A stretch of DNA of 64,000 nt from Candidatus Hydrogenedentota bacterium (GCA_034669905.1 JAXMOL010000036.1:1-64000), one strand, 5' to 3'; numbered from the stretch's first letter, positions 30,635 through 39,638 are shown. Notes: generated by a model not told the origin, from the sequence alone. Numbers and translations are program-made.

Positions 30635-31552
30635 TTATACATCAAAGTAATAGAAGAAGGCGGGAATAGTACCCGCTTCTTCCTTCAAGACATAGGTTCG
30701 CTTGTTCTGCACGATGTAGCGAATCTCACTTTCCGGGTCGTTAAGATCCCCGAATACCCGCGCGCCCGTGGGGCATACTTCCAGACAAGCGGGATTCTTC
30801 CCCTCCCGGGTGCGGTGCAGGCAAAAGTGGCACTTTTCCACCACGCCCGCAGGCCGAATCCGGTTGCTCAGATAGCCCATATTGGGGTTGATATCTTCTT
30901 TGGGAATCTCCGGTTTGGTGAAGTTAAAACGCCGGGCTTCGTAGGGACAGGCCGCCATGCAATAACGGCAGCCAATGCACCAGTTGTAGTCGATGACTGT
31001 CACGCCATCCGGCTCTTTCCAGGTGGCCTCCACGGGGCACACTTTGGTGCACGGTGGATTCTCACATTGCTGGCATTGGACCGGCAGATAGAATTTCCCC
31101 TCCTGGGGTACCTGCTCGTGGTCGTAGTTGTGGTCCGACTTTTCCAGATCAAAGGTACCGCTGGGCATCTCCAGTACCTTGATATACTGAATGGCCGGGT
31201 CACGGGACTGATTGTTTTCTTTCACGCAGGCCGTCACGCATCGACGCGAACCGTTGCAGCGACTGAGATTCAGGGCATAGGCAAAACGTACGCCCTTCTT
31301 CGGCTTCGGGTCTTTGATAGTAACTTTCGCGCCATAGTCCCGCCCGATTTCGCCCTCAAGGCGCGTGATGATACCCGCGATGTCCTCTTCGGAAAGTCGC
31401 TTATAGTGCTGCTGAAAGAATCCGTCCAGCGCGCCAGCCTTCATGTCGCGCAAGGGCGCCAGGGTGGCACCAATAGCGCCCGCAATAGCAACACCGGCCC
31501 CGGCTTTCAGGAAACTTCGACGTTTTACTGTCTGACGTTCTTCGTCTGCCAT
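30635..31552 (-). CDS. Tat-exported 4Fe-4S dicluster protein (NrfC/DsrO-like)
   Basis: KRRSFLK; CNGSRRCVTAC, CQQCENPPCTKVCP, CIGCRYCMAACP, CHFC...PACLEVCP. Confidence 0.88.
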   Translation of the reverse strand: MADEERQTVKRRSFLKAGAGVAIAGAIGATLAPLRDMKAGALDGFFQQHYKRLSEEDIAGIITRLEGEIGRDYGAKVTIKDPKPKKGVRFAYALNLSRCNGSRRCVTACVKENNQSRDPAIQYIKVLEMPSGTFDLEKSDHNYDHEQVPQEGKFYLPVQCQQCENPPCTKVCPVEATWKEPDGVTVIDYNWCIGCRYCMAACPYEARRFNFTKPEIPKEDINPNMGYLSNRIRPAGVVEKCHFCLHRTREGKNPACLEVCPTGARVFGDLNDPESEIRYIVQNKRTYVLKEEAGTIPAFFYYFDV

Positions 31553-31564
31553 CGAAAAAGTCCT

Positions 31565-32191
31565 TTAGTGGGGTGGATTCGCGCCCGCGGGCGCATGGGC
31601 TTCGGCTTCATCGAATCGGGTCGCAATGGTCGGTGGATCGGGGGCCATGGGCGCAAAAGCCGGCTGATGGGGATCATGGCATTGGATACACAACAGCTTG
31701 GTCCGGTTAGGATTGCCCCGCTCCCAGCTTCCATTCTGGCGACCATGGACACCCAACTGCCATTCCCGATAGGTGGGACCGTGACACTTGGCGCACAACT
31801 GGGCCGGTTGGTCCGAAGGAATGGGACTCCCATCGTGGGCGACGTAGGCGTTGCGGTCAGTCTGGTGGTGACAGTTGACACAGTAGGTGTTCATGCCATG
31901 GTCAAAGCGGGCGTCGATATCCGCGTGCTCGCCCTTGAGCTCGTTCTGACGGCGAGGACTATCGAAGTCGTTGTGACACTCCGTGCACTTGTATTCGAAG
32001 GAACCCCGACGTTGGCGCAAGGGACGCAAGGGCCCGCGGACCGGGGTGGTATCAAAGACCTCGCCGACCACCTCCCGCTCATACAGGGTAGACGGGTCCG
32101 GCACTTCGGTCGAACAGCCGGAAAGGACCACCAGCTCTCCCACGAGCAGGGTTACCCACGTAATGTTGCATACCCGGTTACGCCGACTCAT
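31565..32191 (-). CDS. Tetraheme cytochrome c lipoprotein
   Basis: Lipobox LSGC; CTECH, CVNCH, CAKCH, CIQCH. Confidence 0.82.
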   Translation of the reverse strand: MSRRNRVCNITWVTLLVGELVVLSGCSTEVPDPSTLYEREVVGEVFDTTPVRGPLRPLRQRRGSFEYKCTECHNDFDSPRRQNELKGEHADIDARFDHGMNTYCVNCHHQTDRNAYVAHDGSPIPSDQPAQLCAKCHGPTYREWQLGVHGRQNGSWERGNPNRTKLLCIQCHDPHQPAFAPMAPDPPTIATRFDEAEAHAPAGANPPH

Positions 32192-32205
32192 CGCGCACCT
32201 GGACC

Positions 32206-32220
32206 TTGATAAATCTCACA
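32206..32220. promoter_or_regulatory. Possible CRP/FNR-family binding site
   Basis: TTGA-TAAATC-TCACA (minus strand TGTGA-N6-TCAA), ending 14 bp upstream of the operon start codon. Confidence 0.35.
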
Positions 32221-32411
32221 CATGCCCAACAATCTCCATAGCCGCTATGAGCAACTACCGTTCCAAAAAAGCAGGGGCCCTGTTCAGGGTGTAAAAACCA
32301 ACGAAAATAAGGCATTTTACATACACCTTTTAGGCAGAAAAAACACCTTTGCGCACTGATGCGTTGCACACTACTGTCCAATGTGCGCAACCATCCCTTG
32401 ACGTGCTTCGA

Positions 32412-34559
32412 CTACCGATACTCATCTTCGATGGCTTCCCAGAATCCCGCTTTGAACTCCGACCAGGCCGACGGCTCTTCCTGCCACGATTGGTAAAGGG
32501 CGTCAAAGAACTCCTCGGTCATGGGGAATTTCGCGTTCCGTTCCACATATTCAACATGGCCGTCGAGGTAAAGCACATGGCCCCCCGAAGGCTGGTGGTA
32601 CCCCCACCATTCTATCAGTACCGGAACCTTTTCGGGGTTAGAAAGTCCGCTGTGGAGTCGGGGCACGTTGCCCGTTGCCGTGGGAATGCTTTCCTGGGCA
32701 ACAAAAGCTGCCCAATCCTCCTCTGCTGCTTCGCGGGATTCCATAAAGGCCGTCATTTCCGCCCGGTTTCGCACGGCGTAACCCAGATAGAGGTAATCGG
32801 CATCGTCAATAATATCTTCGTCCGTTTCCCCTTCGTAGCCGCCTTCCGGGCAGCGCAGTAGTTTTGGGTCAATCGACGACACCAGCCCCCCACCGGGCAG
32901 GAAGGTGTCCGGCGTCTCGGTAAGGGGCGGAAATTTACCCTCCGAACGGGCGCTGTAGGCCGCGAATGCCTTGGCGAGTTCATGGAGGTTGTGCTCACAC
33001 ATTGGACGACTTACCGCATCCGTCGCCCGGCGGACTCCCTCGAAAAACCGGTCGGTCATCGGAAATCTGCTGTCGTGTTCCAGGAATTCCACGTGGCCAT
33101 CCAGATAATACACATGGCCTCCGGACTCGTTGTGCAGTCCGCTCCATTCAATCAGCACCGGCACGCGTTCAGGCTCCGCAAGTCCTATGACGAGGGGCGC
33201 AAGAGGACCCTGGGGGCCCGGAATGGACCCGAGCGCCTGAAAGCGCGCCACATCGCCTGCTACACCCACATAGGCGTCCACGTATGCATCCATTTCCACG
33301 GCATTTCGGACGGCGTAGCCCAGATAAATGTAGTCACTGTCCTCCAGTATGTCCGCCGCAGTTTCGCCCTCATAGGCCATCGCCGGGCAACGCAGTCGCG
33401 TGCGGTCCACCGCCACTGCCGACGGCCCACCAAACAGAAAAGACCCGCCCTCGAGCGCCAGGGCAGGAAAATATCCCTGGTTCTGTTGCGCCGTATCCAA
33501 CAGTTGAGCACCCAGTGCGGCTATATTCTCGCGACAGGATTTCAGGTTACCCGCGCCCCACGCACGACCGGCGGACTCATAGAAGGCTTCGGTCACCGGG
33601 AACTGGCTGTTCAGCGCCAGGTATTCGGTGTGGCCATCGAGATAAAGCACATGGGCCCCATCGGGCTCGTGATAGAGGTTCCATTCCACCAATACCGGGA
33701 TAGTCTCCGCGTCGGGAAGATCGTTACGTAGCAAGGGGATTGGACCGGACGAGATGTTAATCTCGGCTCCGTCCATTCGCGGACTCAAATCCCCGCCTTC
33801 TTCGACATAGCTATCCATGAACTCATCCATCTCCTGCTGGGTGCGGATGGCGGCCCCCAGATAGATGTAGTCCGGATCCTGTCGAATGAAGTCTTCCGTC
33901 TCCTCTTCGTAGGCCAGGGACGGACAACGCAGCCAATGAATATTCAGGTTATCTACGAAATCTCCATGGAACAGCAGGGGGACTTCCGCGTCCGAACCGA
34001 GCCGTGGATAGTTTCCACCGTGCTGTCCGCTATACCCCACCAAGGCTCCGTGGAGGGCCGTCATATTCTCGGCGCAGGCATTCTTTTCCCCCGTTTCCTG
34101 CAACTGGATGATACCGGGGAGGATGGAAAGAAATGCCACGCCCAGCACTATGGGGACACAGATAAGGCTCACGACAATCATGGCACCCTTGCGGCTCGGC
34201 TTGGCCTTCGGGGCAACCGTTGGAATGGGGCGCGCGACGTGGGCCGCCAGACCGGGTGCTGGCTTCGGGCGGGTCGGAAGGGGAGGCGGCACGGGTTGGG
34301 CGCCAGTGGGCGGGAGCGGCGGTGGCGCGGTGACCTGGCCTTGCGCCACGATAGCCGCTGGACTCCCAAGGGACGCGAGCACCTCACGGGCAAGGGCCTG
34401 GGTAACCTGTTCTACCCCTGCCTGGGAAAGACGGGCCTGCACTTCCTTCTCCACCTCCGAAACCATTCCGTCGGCCCATACGCCTTGTGCCCTGCAGCGG
34501 GACCGGATCTCATCCAGGTAGCTTTGAAAGAGATGGCGCGCTTCGTTGGACCACTGCAT
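32412..34559 (-). CDS. Membrane protein: HAAS-like N-domain, Pro-rich linker, TM helix, three tandem DUF1559/H-X9-DG-like domains
   Basis: YLDEIR...LGSPAAI N-terminus; three ~180-aa repeats, each C..N(L/M/I)...LRCP...DY(I/L)YLG...PVL(V/I)EW..H....HV.YLDGH; GGAG upstream of ATG 34559. Confidence 0.75.
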   Translation of the reverse strand: MQWSNEARHLFQSYLDEIRSRCRAQGVWADGMVSEVEKEVQARLSQAGVEQVTQALAREVLASLGSPAAIVAQGQVTAPPPLPPTGAQPVPPPLPTRPKPAPGLAAHVARPIPTVAPKAKPSRKGAMIVVSLICVPIVLGVAFLSILPGIIQLQETGEKNACAENMTALHGALVGYSGQHGGNYPRLGSDAEVPLLFHGDFVDNLNIHWLRCPSLAYEEETEDFIRQDPDYIYLGAAIRTQQEMDEFMDSYVEEGGDLSPRMDGAEINISSGPIPLLRNDLPDAETIPVLVEWNLYHEPDGAHVLYLDGHTEYLALNSQFPVTEAFYESAGRAWGAGNLKSCRENIAALGAQLLDTAQQNQGYFPALALEGGSFLFGGPSAVAVDRTRLRCPAMAYEGETAADILEDSDYIYLGYAVRNAVEMDAYVDAYVGVAGDVARFQALGSIPGPQGPLAPLVIGLAEPERVPVLIEWSGLHNESGGHVYYLDGHVEFLEHDSRFPMTDRFFEGVRRATDAVSRPMCEHNLHELAKAFAAYSARSEGKFPPLTETPDTFLPGGGLVSSIDPKLLRCPEGGYEGETDEDIIDDADYLYLGYAVRNRAEMTAFMESREAAEEDWAAFVAQESIPTATGNVPRLHSGLSNPEKVPVLIEWWGYHQPSGGHVLYLDGHVEYVERNAKFPMTEEFFDALYQSWQEEPSAWSEFKAGFWEAIEDEYR

Positions 34560-34711
34560 CGATTCACTCCCCACGTTATCTGGATTGAGCGAGCGCGTGA
34601 TACGCCGAAACAGGCCGTGATGCACCGCACCCCCCATGTATGGTGGTGCCACTCCCTCCCCTATACTCCTGTGGAAATCCTACCGAATTCTGGCCCGAGA
34701 GACAAGCCCGC

Positions 34712-36160
34712 CTACTCCACCTCCGCAATGGCGACGGCGAGGGTCCGCGTTACGCCCGAGGCAGGCCGGGCGGCGGCCCAGTACCAACTGGCGGCGTCGG
34801 GCCAGGAGCGCACCCCGTCGGTCCAGTCGGAAAGGTCTCCCCCCTGGGCAATTACCACCGGGTCGACGCTAAAAAAACACTGCCGAACGGTAAATACACG
34901 GCCGTCGGGATGCACCGCGCGGAAACGGCTCCAGAGGTGGCCCTGCGGGTCTTTCCAGGCCGACAAGTTGCTGCAGTGATAGCCAAAGGCCCGGTAGCAT
35001 TCTTCCGTGGTATGGAGTGTCAACGTTGGCTCGCCGCACTGGCGCAACAAAATATTCCGACCACTTTCTTCCAGCACGCCCCGACTCCAATCGCCCAGAT
35101 AGCTTGCGCGAAAACGTTCCATGGCGGCATCAGGTGGGGTCTCCCGCCAGCGCTCCCCGTCCACCCGGATGGGCCACACCGCCTCCCCCACGCCCACGTG
35201 CCGCTGCTCCCGGGCGCTCAGCGGAATGGTGGCCGCCAACAGCCCCGCGACGAGCAGCATGCTATAGGTCCAGGGGCCGACCTTGACCGAATCAGACCCC
35301 GCGGGCCCAACCTTGGCGCGACGTTGGAGCCACAGGGCGGCCATGACGAGTAAGACGGCCGTGCCGCCGAATCCCGCGACGCCGATGCCGCTGTGCAATC
35401 CATCGGATACGTCGCCCTGACGGGAAAGGACAAACAACATGCTGACGCGGGCTGTATTCCCCACGAAGGCGAGCACGATTCCCAGGCACGCAAGCGCGAA
35501 GGTCGCCCCGCACCGCAGTTGGGTCAGCACCGACACGACGCCCACCAACAAGACCGCTATCCGCAGCATGCGCACCCCACTGCAGGGCGCGTCGATAAAC
35601 ACGGTGTGGGTACCGTCGGTCAGGCCGGCACCAAGGGGTTCAATGGTGCCACCGAGCACCCAGGAGGCCCCATGCCCCACGATTATCCGTAGGGGATAAC
35701 CGAAATAGGTGTTGAAGGCAATACCCAGGGGCAGGGACGCCCACATCCACAACAGCAGGCCCGCACTCTGCCTGCGGCGCGCGGGCGTCAGGGTCCCCAA
35801 CAGGCCAAAGGCCAGGGCGGACATGGCAAAAAACGAGGAGACCAGGCGGGGCAAGGGGCCGTAGCTTGCCGCGTAGCACAGGAGACACAGCGCGCAGGCC
35901 TGAAGAAGGGACCGGGATGGCGTCCGAGTATGGACGCGGTCCCCATAGACCAGACTGGCCCAGGTCCCCACTGCCGCGAGCATGCTCCAGAGTCCCGTCG
36001 TCGGATAGTCCGGGGCAAGCCATTGTCCCCAAAAGCGGTACAAAACGGCCCAGCAGGCCAGAAAAAGACCGAGCACCAGCGCGACGTTTCGGAGCGTCTG
36101 TATGGGCCATTCCGAAGGCGCTGCGCGGTCTTCTCCAGACCAGGTCGCGACGTTGCTCAT
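34712..36160 (-). CDS. Dedicated exosortase/archaeosortase-family protein with C-terminal periplasmic domain
   Basis: Multi-TM; Cys in IDAPCSG, Arg in GNTAR, His in LHSGIG; ATGA overlap with the upstream VIT gene. Confidence 0.85.
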   Translation of the reverse strand: MSNVATWSGEDRAAPSEWPIQTLRNVALVLGLFLACWAVLYRFWGQWLAPDYPTTGLWSMLAAVGTWASLVYGDRVHTRTPSRSLLQACALCLLCYAASYGPLPRLVSSFFAMSALAFGLLGTLTPARRRQSAGLLLWMWASLPLGIAFNTYFGYPLRIIVGHGASWVLGGTIEPLGAGLTDGTHTVFIDAPCSGVRMLRIAVLLVGVVSVLTQLRCGATFALACLGIVLAFVGNTARVSMLFVLSRQGDVSDGLHSGIGVAGFGGTAVLLVMAALWLQRRAKVGPAGSDSVKVGPWTYSMLLVAGLLAATIPLSAREQRHVGVGEAVWPIRVDGERWRETPPDAAMERFRASYLGDWSRGVLEESGRNILLRQCGEPTLTLHTTEECYRAFGYHCSNLSAWKDPQGHLWSRFRAVHPDGRVFTVRQCFFSVDPVVIAQGGDLSDWTDGVRSWPDAASWYWAAARPASGVTRTLAVAIAEVE

Positions 36161-38862
36161 GGCAGAGCCATCCGCTCCCGACGGGGCGCGATACGGGTGC
36201 GATAGACCACGAAACACACCGCAGCAAGCGCGACAATAATCAGGAGCCACTCCTCGGGTTCCGGCACGGCGGGCACGGCATTGAGGTCGGCCTCGTCGTC
36301 GAGTCCATGACGCTCGTATTGGGCCTTGGTTTCCAGGACTATCGCCCCACTCACCGGGGTTACAAGACGGCAACGTCGGGCAATCGTACTCGCAGCGTTG
36401 GCCTCCAGGGGCGAATGGGATTGCAGTAAGCCCATCACCTGGTCCAGTGCGGCGAGACGCACCAGATGAGAATTGGTACCGTGCTTGCCAGCCGCGCTAT
36501 CCGACTCCGTTTCGGCGAAGGTAAAGCGCGGCGTTCCCTCGGTGGCTGCCCCGGTCTGGACAATTCGAGCCACCGTGGCCTCCACAGAGTCCGTTACAAG
36601 GACCGGCACCACTTCCGTATAGGCGTCGAGGTTCTCCATAAACTGAACGACGCCCGGAGCCGCAGCAACAAGGTGGATACGCACGGACTGTCCGTTCCGC
36701 TTGCCCGATTCCAGGGCCTGGGTGAGCCGGTCTACGTTGCCGTCTTTCATGGGTTGGGGACCGTGGATGACGATGACTTCTCGTTCCTTCCCGTCGGTCA
36801 CTTCTCCGAGCGCCATGACCACACCACCCAACACGGGCTGTCCAAATTCGTAACGCTGCGCACCCAGCCATGCGGCGAGCCCATCACGTCCGCCCGCGCC
36901 ATCCCACACGGCCCCTTCTCCCCCCGCAAACACGGCGTGAAGTTCGACGCCATCAGGGATTGCCTGCAACAGGGCATGCCAGTCTATGCGGGCCTTCCCC
37001 ACGCCCGCGGAGCCATCGACGACCAGGCAGACCTCGCGCTTCTCGGCCAGGGACTGGATTCCGTCGCGTTGCATGGTGGCCACATAGCGACCGAGGGCCC
37101 CCTGGTGGGGCGCGGTATCGAAGACACGAGGCAGAGACAAGAGCGCGCCTGCACCGTTGCCGAAGAGTTCTCGCTGGCGGATGGTGCCGAGTTGATTCAC
37201 CGTACCTGATTCATTGCCCGGCGTGTTGAGCGAGGCATTCGTGAGGATTACGGCTCCCGGACTGGTGATATTGATCCCATGGGGCAGTCGGTCGGACAGG
37301 GTAAAGTTTTCCGAAGCGATGAAGGGCAGGCGGTAATAGGCGCGATCCCCCTGGCCATGGAGCGGCGCGGTGATGCCGATTTTTACTTTCATCTGGCCAA
37401 AGGCGGGCACAGGAAAGCATTGGAGGAAAACCTGGTCACGTCCGGCGGAAGTGAGGAGGGCCGGGTCGCGCCGTTGGACGATGGCCACTTCTTTATAGGC
37501 AGCCTTCACCTGGCTGCGCCCACCAAAGGCGGCTTCCCGCTCTTCGCCATTTATCCATAGGGTCAGCCTACTCGCGACGCCGCCAGGAGGCAGGGCAATA
37601 AGGCAGCGGGCTTCATTGGCGATGGGGTTATTGTTGTCGAATTCGAGTATCCACTCCGTATAGCTTAACCCCTGGGCCGCCATGTCTTCGCCGGAGAAAT
37701 CCACATTCATGGCACTCTGAATCAGTGACAGATTGGGAATCATGCTGCCTACCCGGTCACCGCCCTGCTCCCAGCGAAGGCGCAGTTGGGAGCCGAAGTG
37801 GTTGTCCAGGTAGAACCACGACGTGAGGTCCTCTTGCGTGGGGACTTCGCCATAGACGCGAAAGTAGGCCTCTTGCAGATCGGGCGCACGCGTTGCTCTC
37901 AGAAAGCTTCCCCCCATCCAAATATCCGCTATACCATCCGAACGACCGTAATAACGGGACATGTCGGGCATCCCCAGCCACCGCAACGCGGCCATGGATT
38001 CGGCCTGTTCCGCGGGCTCTCCGCGGAGGAGTTGCTCGAGGTGGTGATCACGTGAAAACTGAAGGCCTACATACCCGCCAAGCAAGACCATCACGAAAAA
38101 TCCCCCCGCCCAAACCCAACGAAAATACGTACGGGAATGAACGCCGTCGTACTGACCGCCAGCCTCTAATCGTAAGGTCGCATGACAGGCCAGGACCAGC
38201 GTAATCGCCGGCGACAAACCAATCAACCCGATGCCAAACCAAATGATGGCTATCAGGGAAATCGGCATCAGGGGTAGAAGCAAGATGCTGTAAAAGAAGG
38301 ACATTCCAAAGAGGTAACCCAGCCCGAAGGCCACCGCCCGCCGTGTGCTGAGTTCCTGTTCCGCCGCCGGAGTCGAAGACTTTATCAAGAGATAAAGAAA
38401 CCACGCGGGCACCCCGAGCAACAAGATAACATGGAGAAAGGTGGGCATGACGCCCACGCCGCCGCCCCACGTGCCATTCATCAAACTAAACTCGGTCCCC
38501 ACGGCGACAAGAGGGAGCAAGACCCCAAAGATAATCGTCAGTGGAGCGTTCATTGCAATAGGCGGCGCCTTCGCATCAACGGGATTCGTCCCGTGCGCGC
38601 CGTTGCCGTTGCTTGGGGCCGTTGCCGCCACGGGCGTATCGACGCCGACGACGTCATAGGGCGTTCCGGCGGCGGCGAGGGCACGCTCCAGGTTCTGGGG
38701 AGTAACCACGCCGCCCGCACTCTCCTCCGCATCGCTCCGGATGTGGGCCCGCAGGTCTTCCAGGAAGTCTTCCGCGCCATCGTCCTGCGTCTGGGCGACG
38801 GCGAGCACTTCGTCGAGGTAGGCCGCCAGCCGCTCCTCCGCTTCAGGTGTCCAGTGTTTCAC
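36157..38862 (-). CDS. HAAS-TM-VIT-vWA protein with PEP-CTERM-like sorting signal
   Basis: YLDEV...LEDLRAHI...AGTP N-terminus; ~5 TM; VIT (EARCLIALPPGGVASRLTLWING.EREA, RRDPALL); vWA VVDGS; VPEPEEW-hydrophobic-RTR C-terminus. Confidence 0.85.
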   Translation of the reverse strand: MKHWTPEAEERLAAYLDEVLAVAQTQDDGAEDFLEDLRAHIRSDAEESAGGVVTPQNLERALAAAGTPYDVVGVDTPVAATAPSNGNGAHGTNPVDAKAPPIAMNAPLTIIFGVLLPLVAVGTEFSLMNGTWGGGVGVMPTFLHVILLLGVPAWFLYLLIKSSTPAAEQELSTRRAVAFGLGYLFGMSFFYSILLLPLMPISLIAIIWFGIGLIGLSPAITLVLACHATLRLEAGGQYDGVHSRTYFRWVWAGGFFVMVLLGGYVGLQFSRDHHLEQLLRGEPAEQAESMAALRWLGMPDMSRYYGRSDGIADIWMGGSFLRATRAPDLQEAYFRVYGEVPTQEDLTSWFYLDNHFGSQLRLRWEQGGDRVGSMIPNLSLIQSAMNVDFSGEDMAAQGLSYTEWILEFDNNNPIANEARCLIALPPGGVASRLTLWINGEEREAAFGGRSQVKAAYKEVAIVQRRDPALLTSAGRDQVFLQCFPVPAFGQMKVKIGITAPLHGQGDRAYYRLPFIASENFTLSDRLPHGINITSPGAVILTNASLNTPGNESGTVNQLGTIRQRELFGNGAGALLSLPRVFDTAPHQGALGRYVATMQRDGIQSLAEKREVCLVVDGSAGVGKARIDWHALLQAIPDGVELHAVFAGGEGAVWDGAGGRDGLAAWLGAQRYEFGQPVLGGVVMALGEVTDGKEREVIVIHGPQPMKDGNVDRLTQALESGKRNGQSVRIHLVAAAPGVVQFMENLDAYTEVVPVLVTDSVEATVARIVQTGAATEGTPRFTFAETESDSAAGKHGTNSHLVRLAALDQVMGLLQSHSPLEANAASTIARRCRLVTPVSGAIVLETKAQYERHGLDDEADLNAVPAVPEPEEWLLIIVALAAVCFVVYRTRIAPRRERMALP

Positions 38863-39220
38863 CGGCAGGTCCCCTTTCGATCAGGCCGTTTACGCCTGCT
38901 TCAATATCTTTCCAACAGCGGTTCATCATTTCCCGTGCCCGCTCCCCTGCGGGACTCAGCCGGTAATACTTCCGCACCGGACCGCTCGGTGACTCTTCGA
39001 TGCGGGTTTCCAGGAGGCCACTTTTTCGGAGACGGGATAAGAGTGGGTAGATGGTCCCTTCGGTGACGACCACCCCCCGGATGGCAGTGACCCGTTTGAC
39101 CAGGTCATAGCCATAGAGTTCCCCCTCGGCGAGCAGATTGACGATACACAGCTCCAGCAGGCCCTTGCGCAACTGGGTCGTCCAGTTGCTCAGATTCAGC
39201 TCGTTGTCGGAGGTCGCCAT
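38843..39220 (-). CDS. PadR family transcriptional regulator
   Basis: QLRKGLLELC, YGYDL, EGTIYPLLSRL, GPVRKYYRLS. Confidence 0.92.
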   Translation of the reverse strand: MATSDNELNLSNWTTQLRKGLLELCIVNLLAEGELYGYDLVKRVTAIRGVVVTEGTIYPLLSRLRKSGLLETRIEESPSGPVRKYYRLSPAGERAREMMNRCWKDIEAGVNGLIERGPAGETLDT

Positions 39221-39255
39221 GAATTTCGTCCGTGTTAGGGGGCATCGCTATGCGG

Positions 39256-39305
39256 TTACACCAAGTACCTTGCATTACACTATAGCAAAACTTCGTGGGT
39301 GTCAA
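39256..39305 (-). promoter_or_regulatory. Putative sigma70 promoter of the padR operon with overlapping repeat operator
   Basis: Minus strand TTGACA (39305-39300) - 17 bp - TAGTGT (or extended TGcTATAGT); GTGTAA repeated 19 bp apart across -10/+1. Confidence 0.55.
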
Positions 39306-39429
39306 GAAGTGATCTTACGCTTCTATCAGGCTTCCGTCATTTATGCTTTGTGTTTTAAAGTTCTTTTGTAATATTACAACAAGATTGTGACCCTGTCAAG
39401 GGCGTGGGAGGAATGGGCCGATCCGGCGG

Positions 39430-39638
39430 GTGCCACCCGATCCCGTCCTACGGGTTCGGGTGCCTTGACCCTCGATTACTGAATTCGCAATAGATGGCTG
39501 CACCGTAGCCGCGCAGGGGTAAGAAAGTGTACGAGCCTACCGCAATAGGCACGATGCGGAAGAAACATTCCCTCCGGCTCAAGGCACCCAAATCCACCAC
39601 GGCGCAGCTTGGACGTGTGTTACACGATCGGGTGGCAC
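39430..39638. other. Structured intergenic element (REP doublet or 6S-like ncRNA)
   Basis: Perfect 13-bp inverted repeat 39430-39442/39626-39638 and perfect 11-bp inverted repeat 39458-39468/39579-39589. Confidence 0.55.

Noticed and set aside
29357..31552. dsrOP as evidence of sulfate reduction
   Set aside because: No dsrMK or dsrAB in the window; the family is shared with Nrf and Psr complexes
39430..39638. Retron msr-msd or tmRNA
   Set aside because: No reverse transcriptase in the window and no tRNA-like ends or tag ORF
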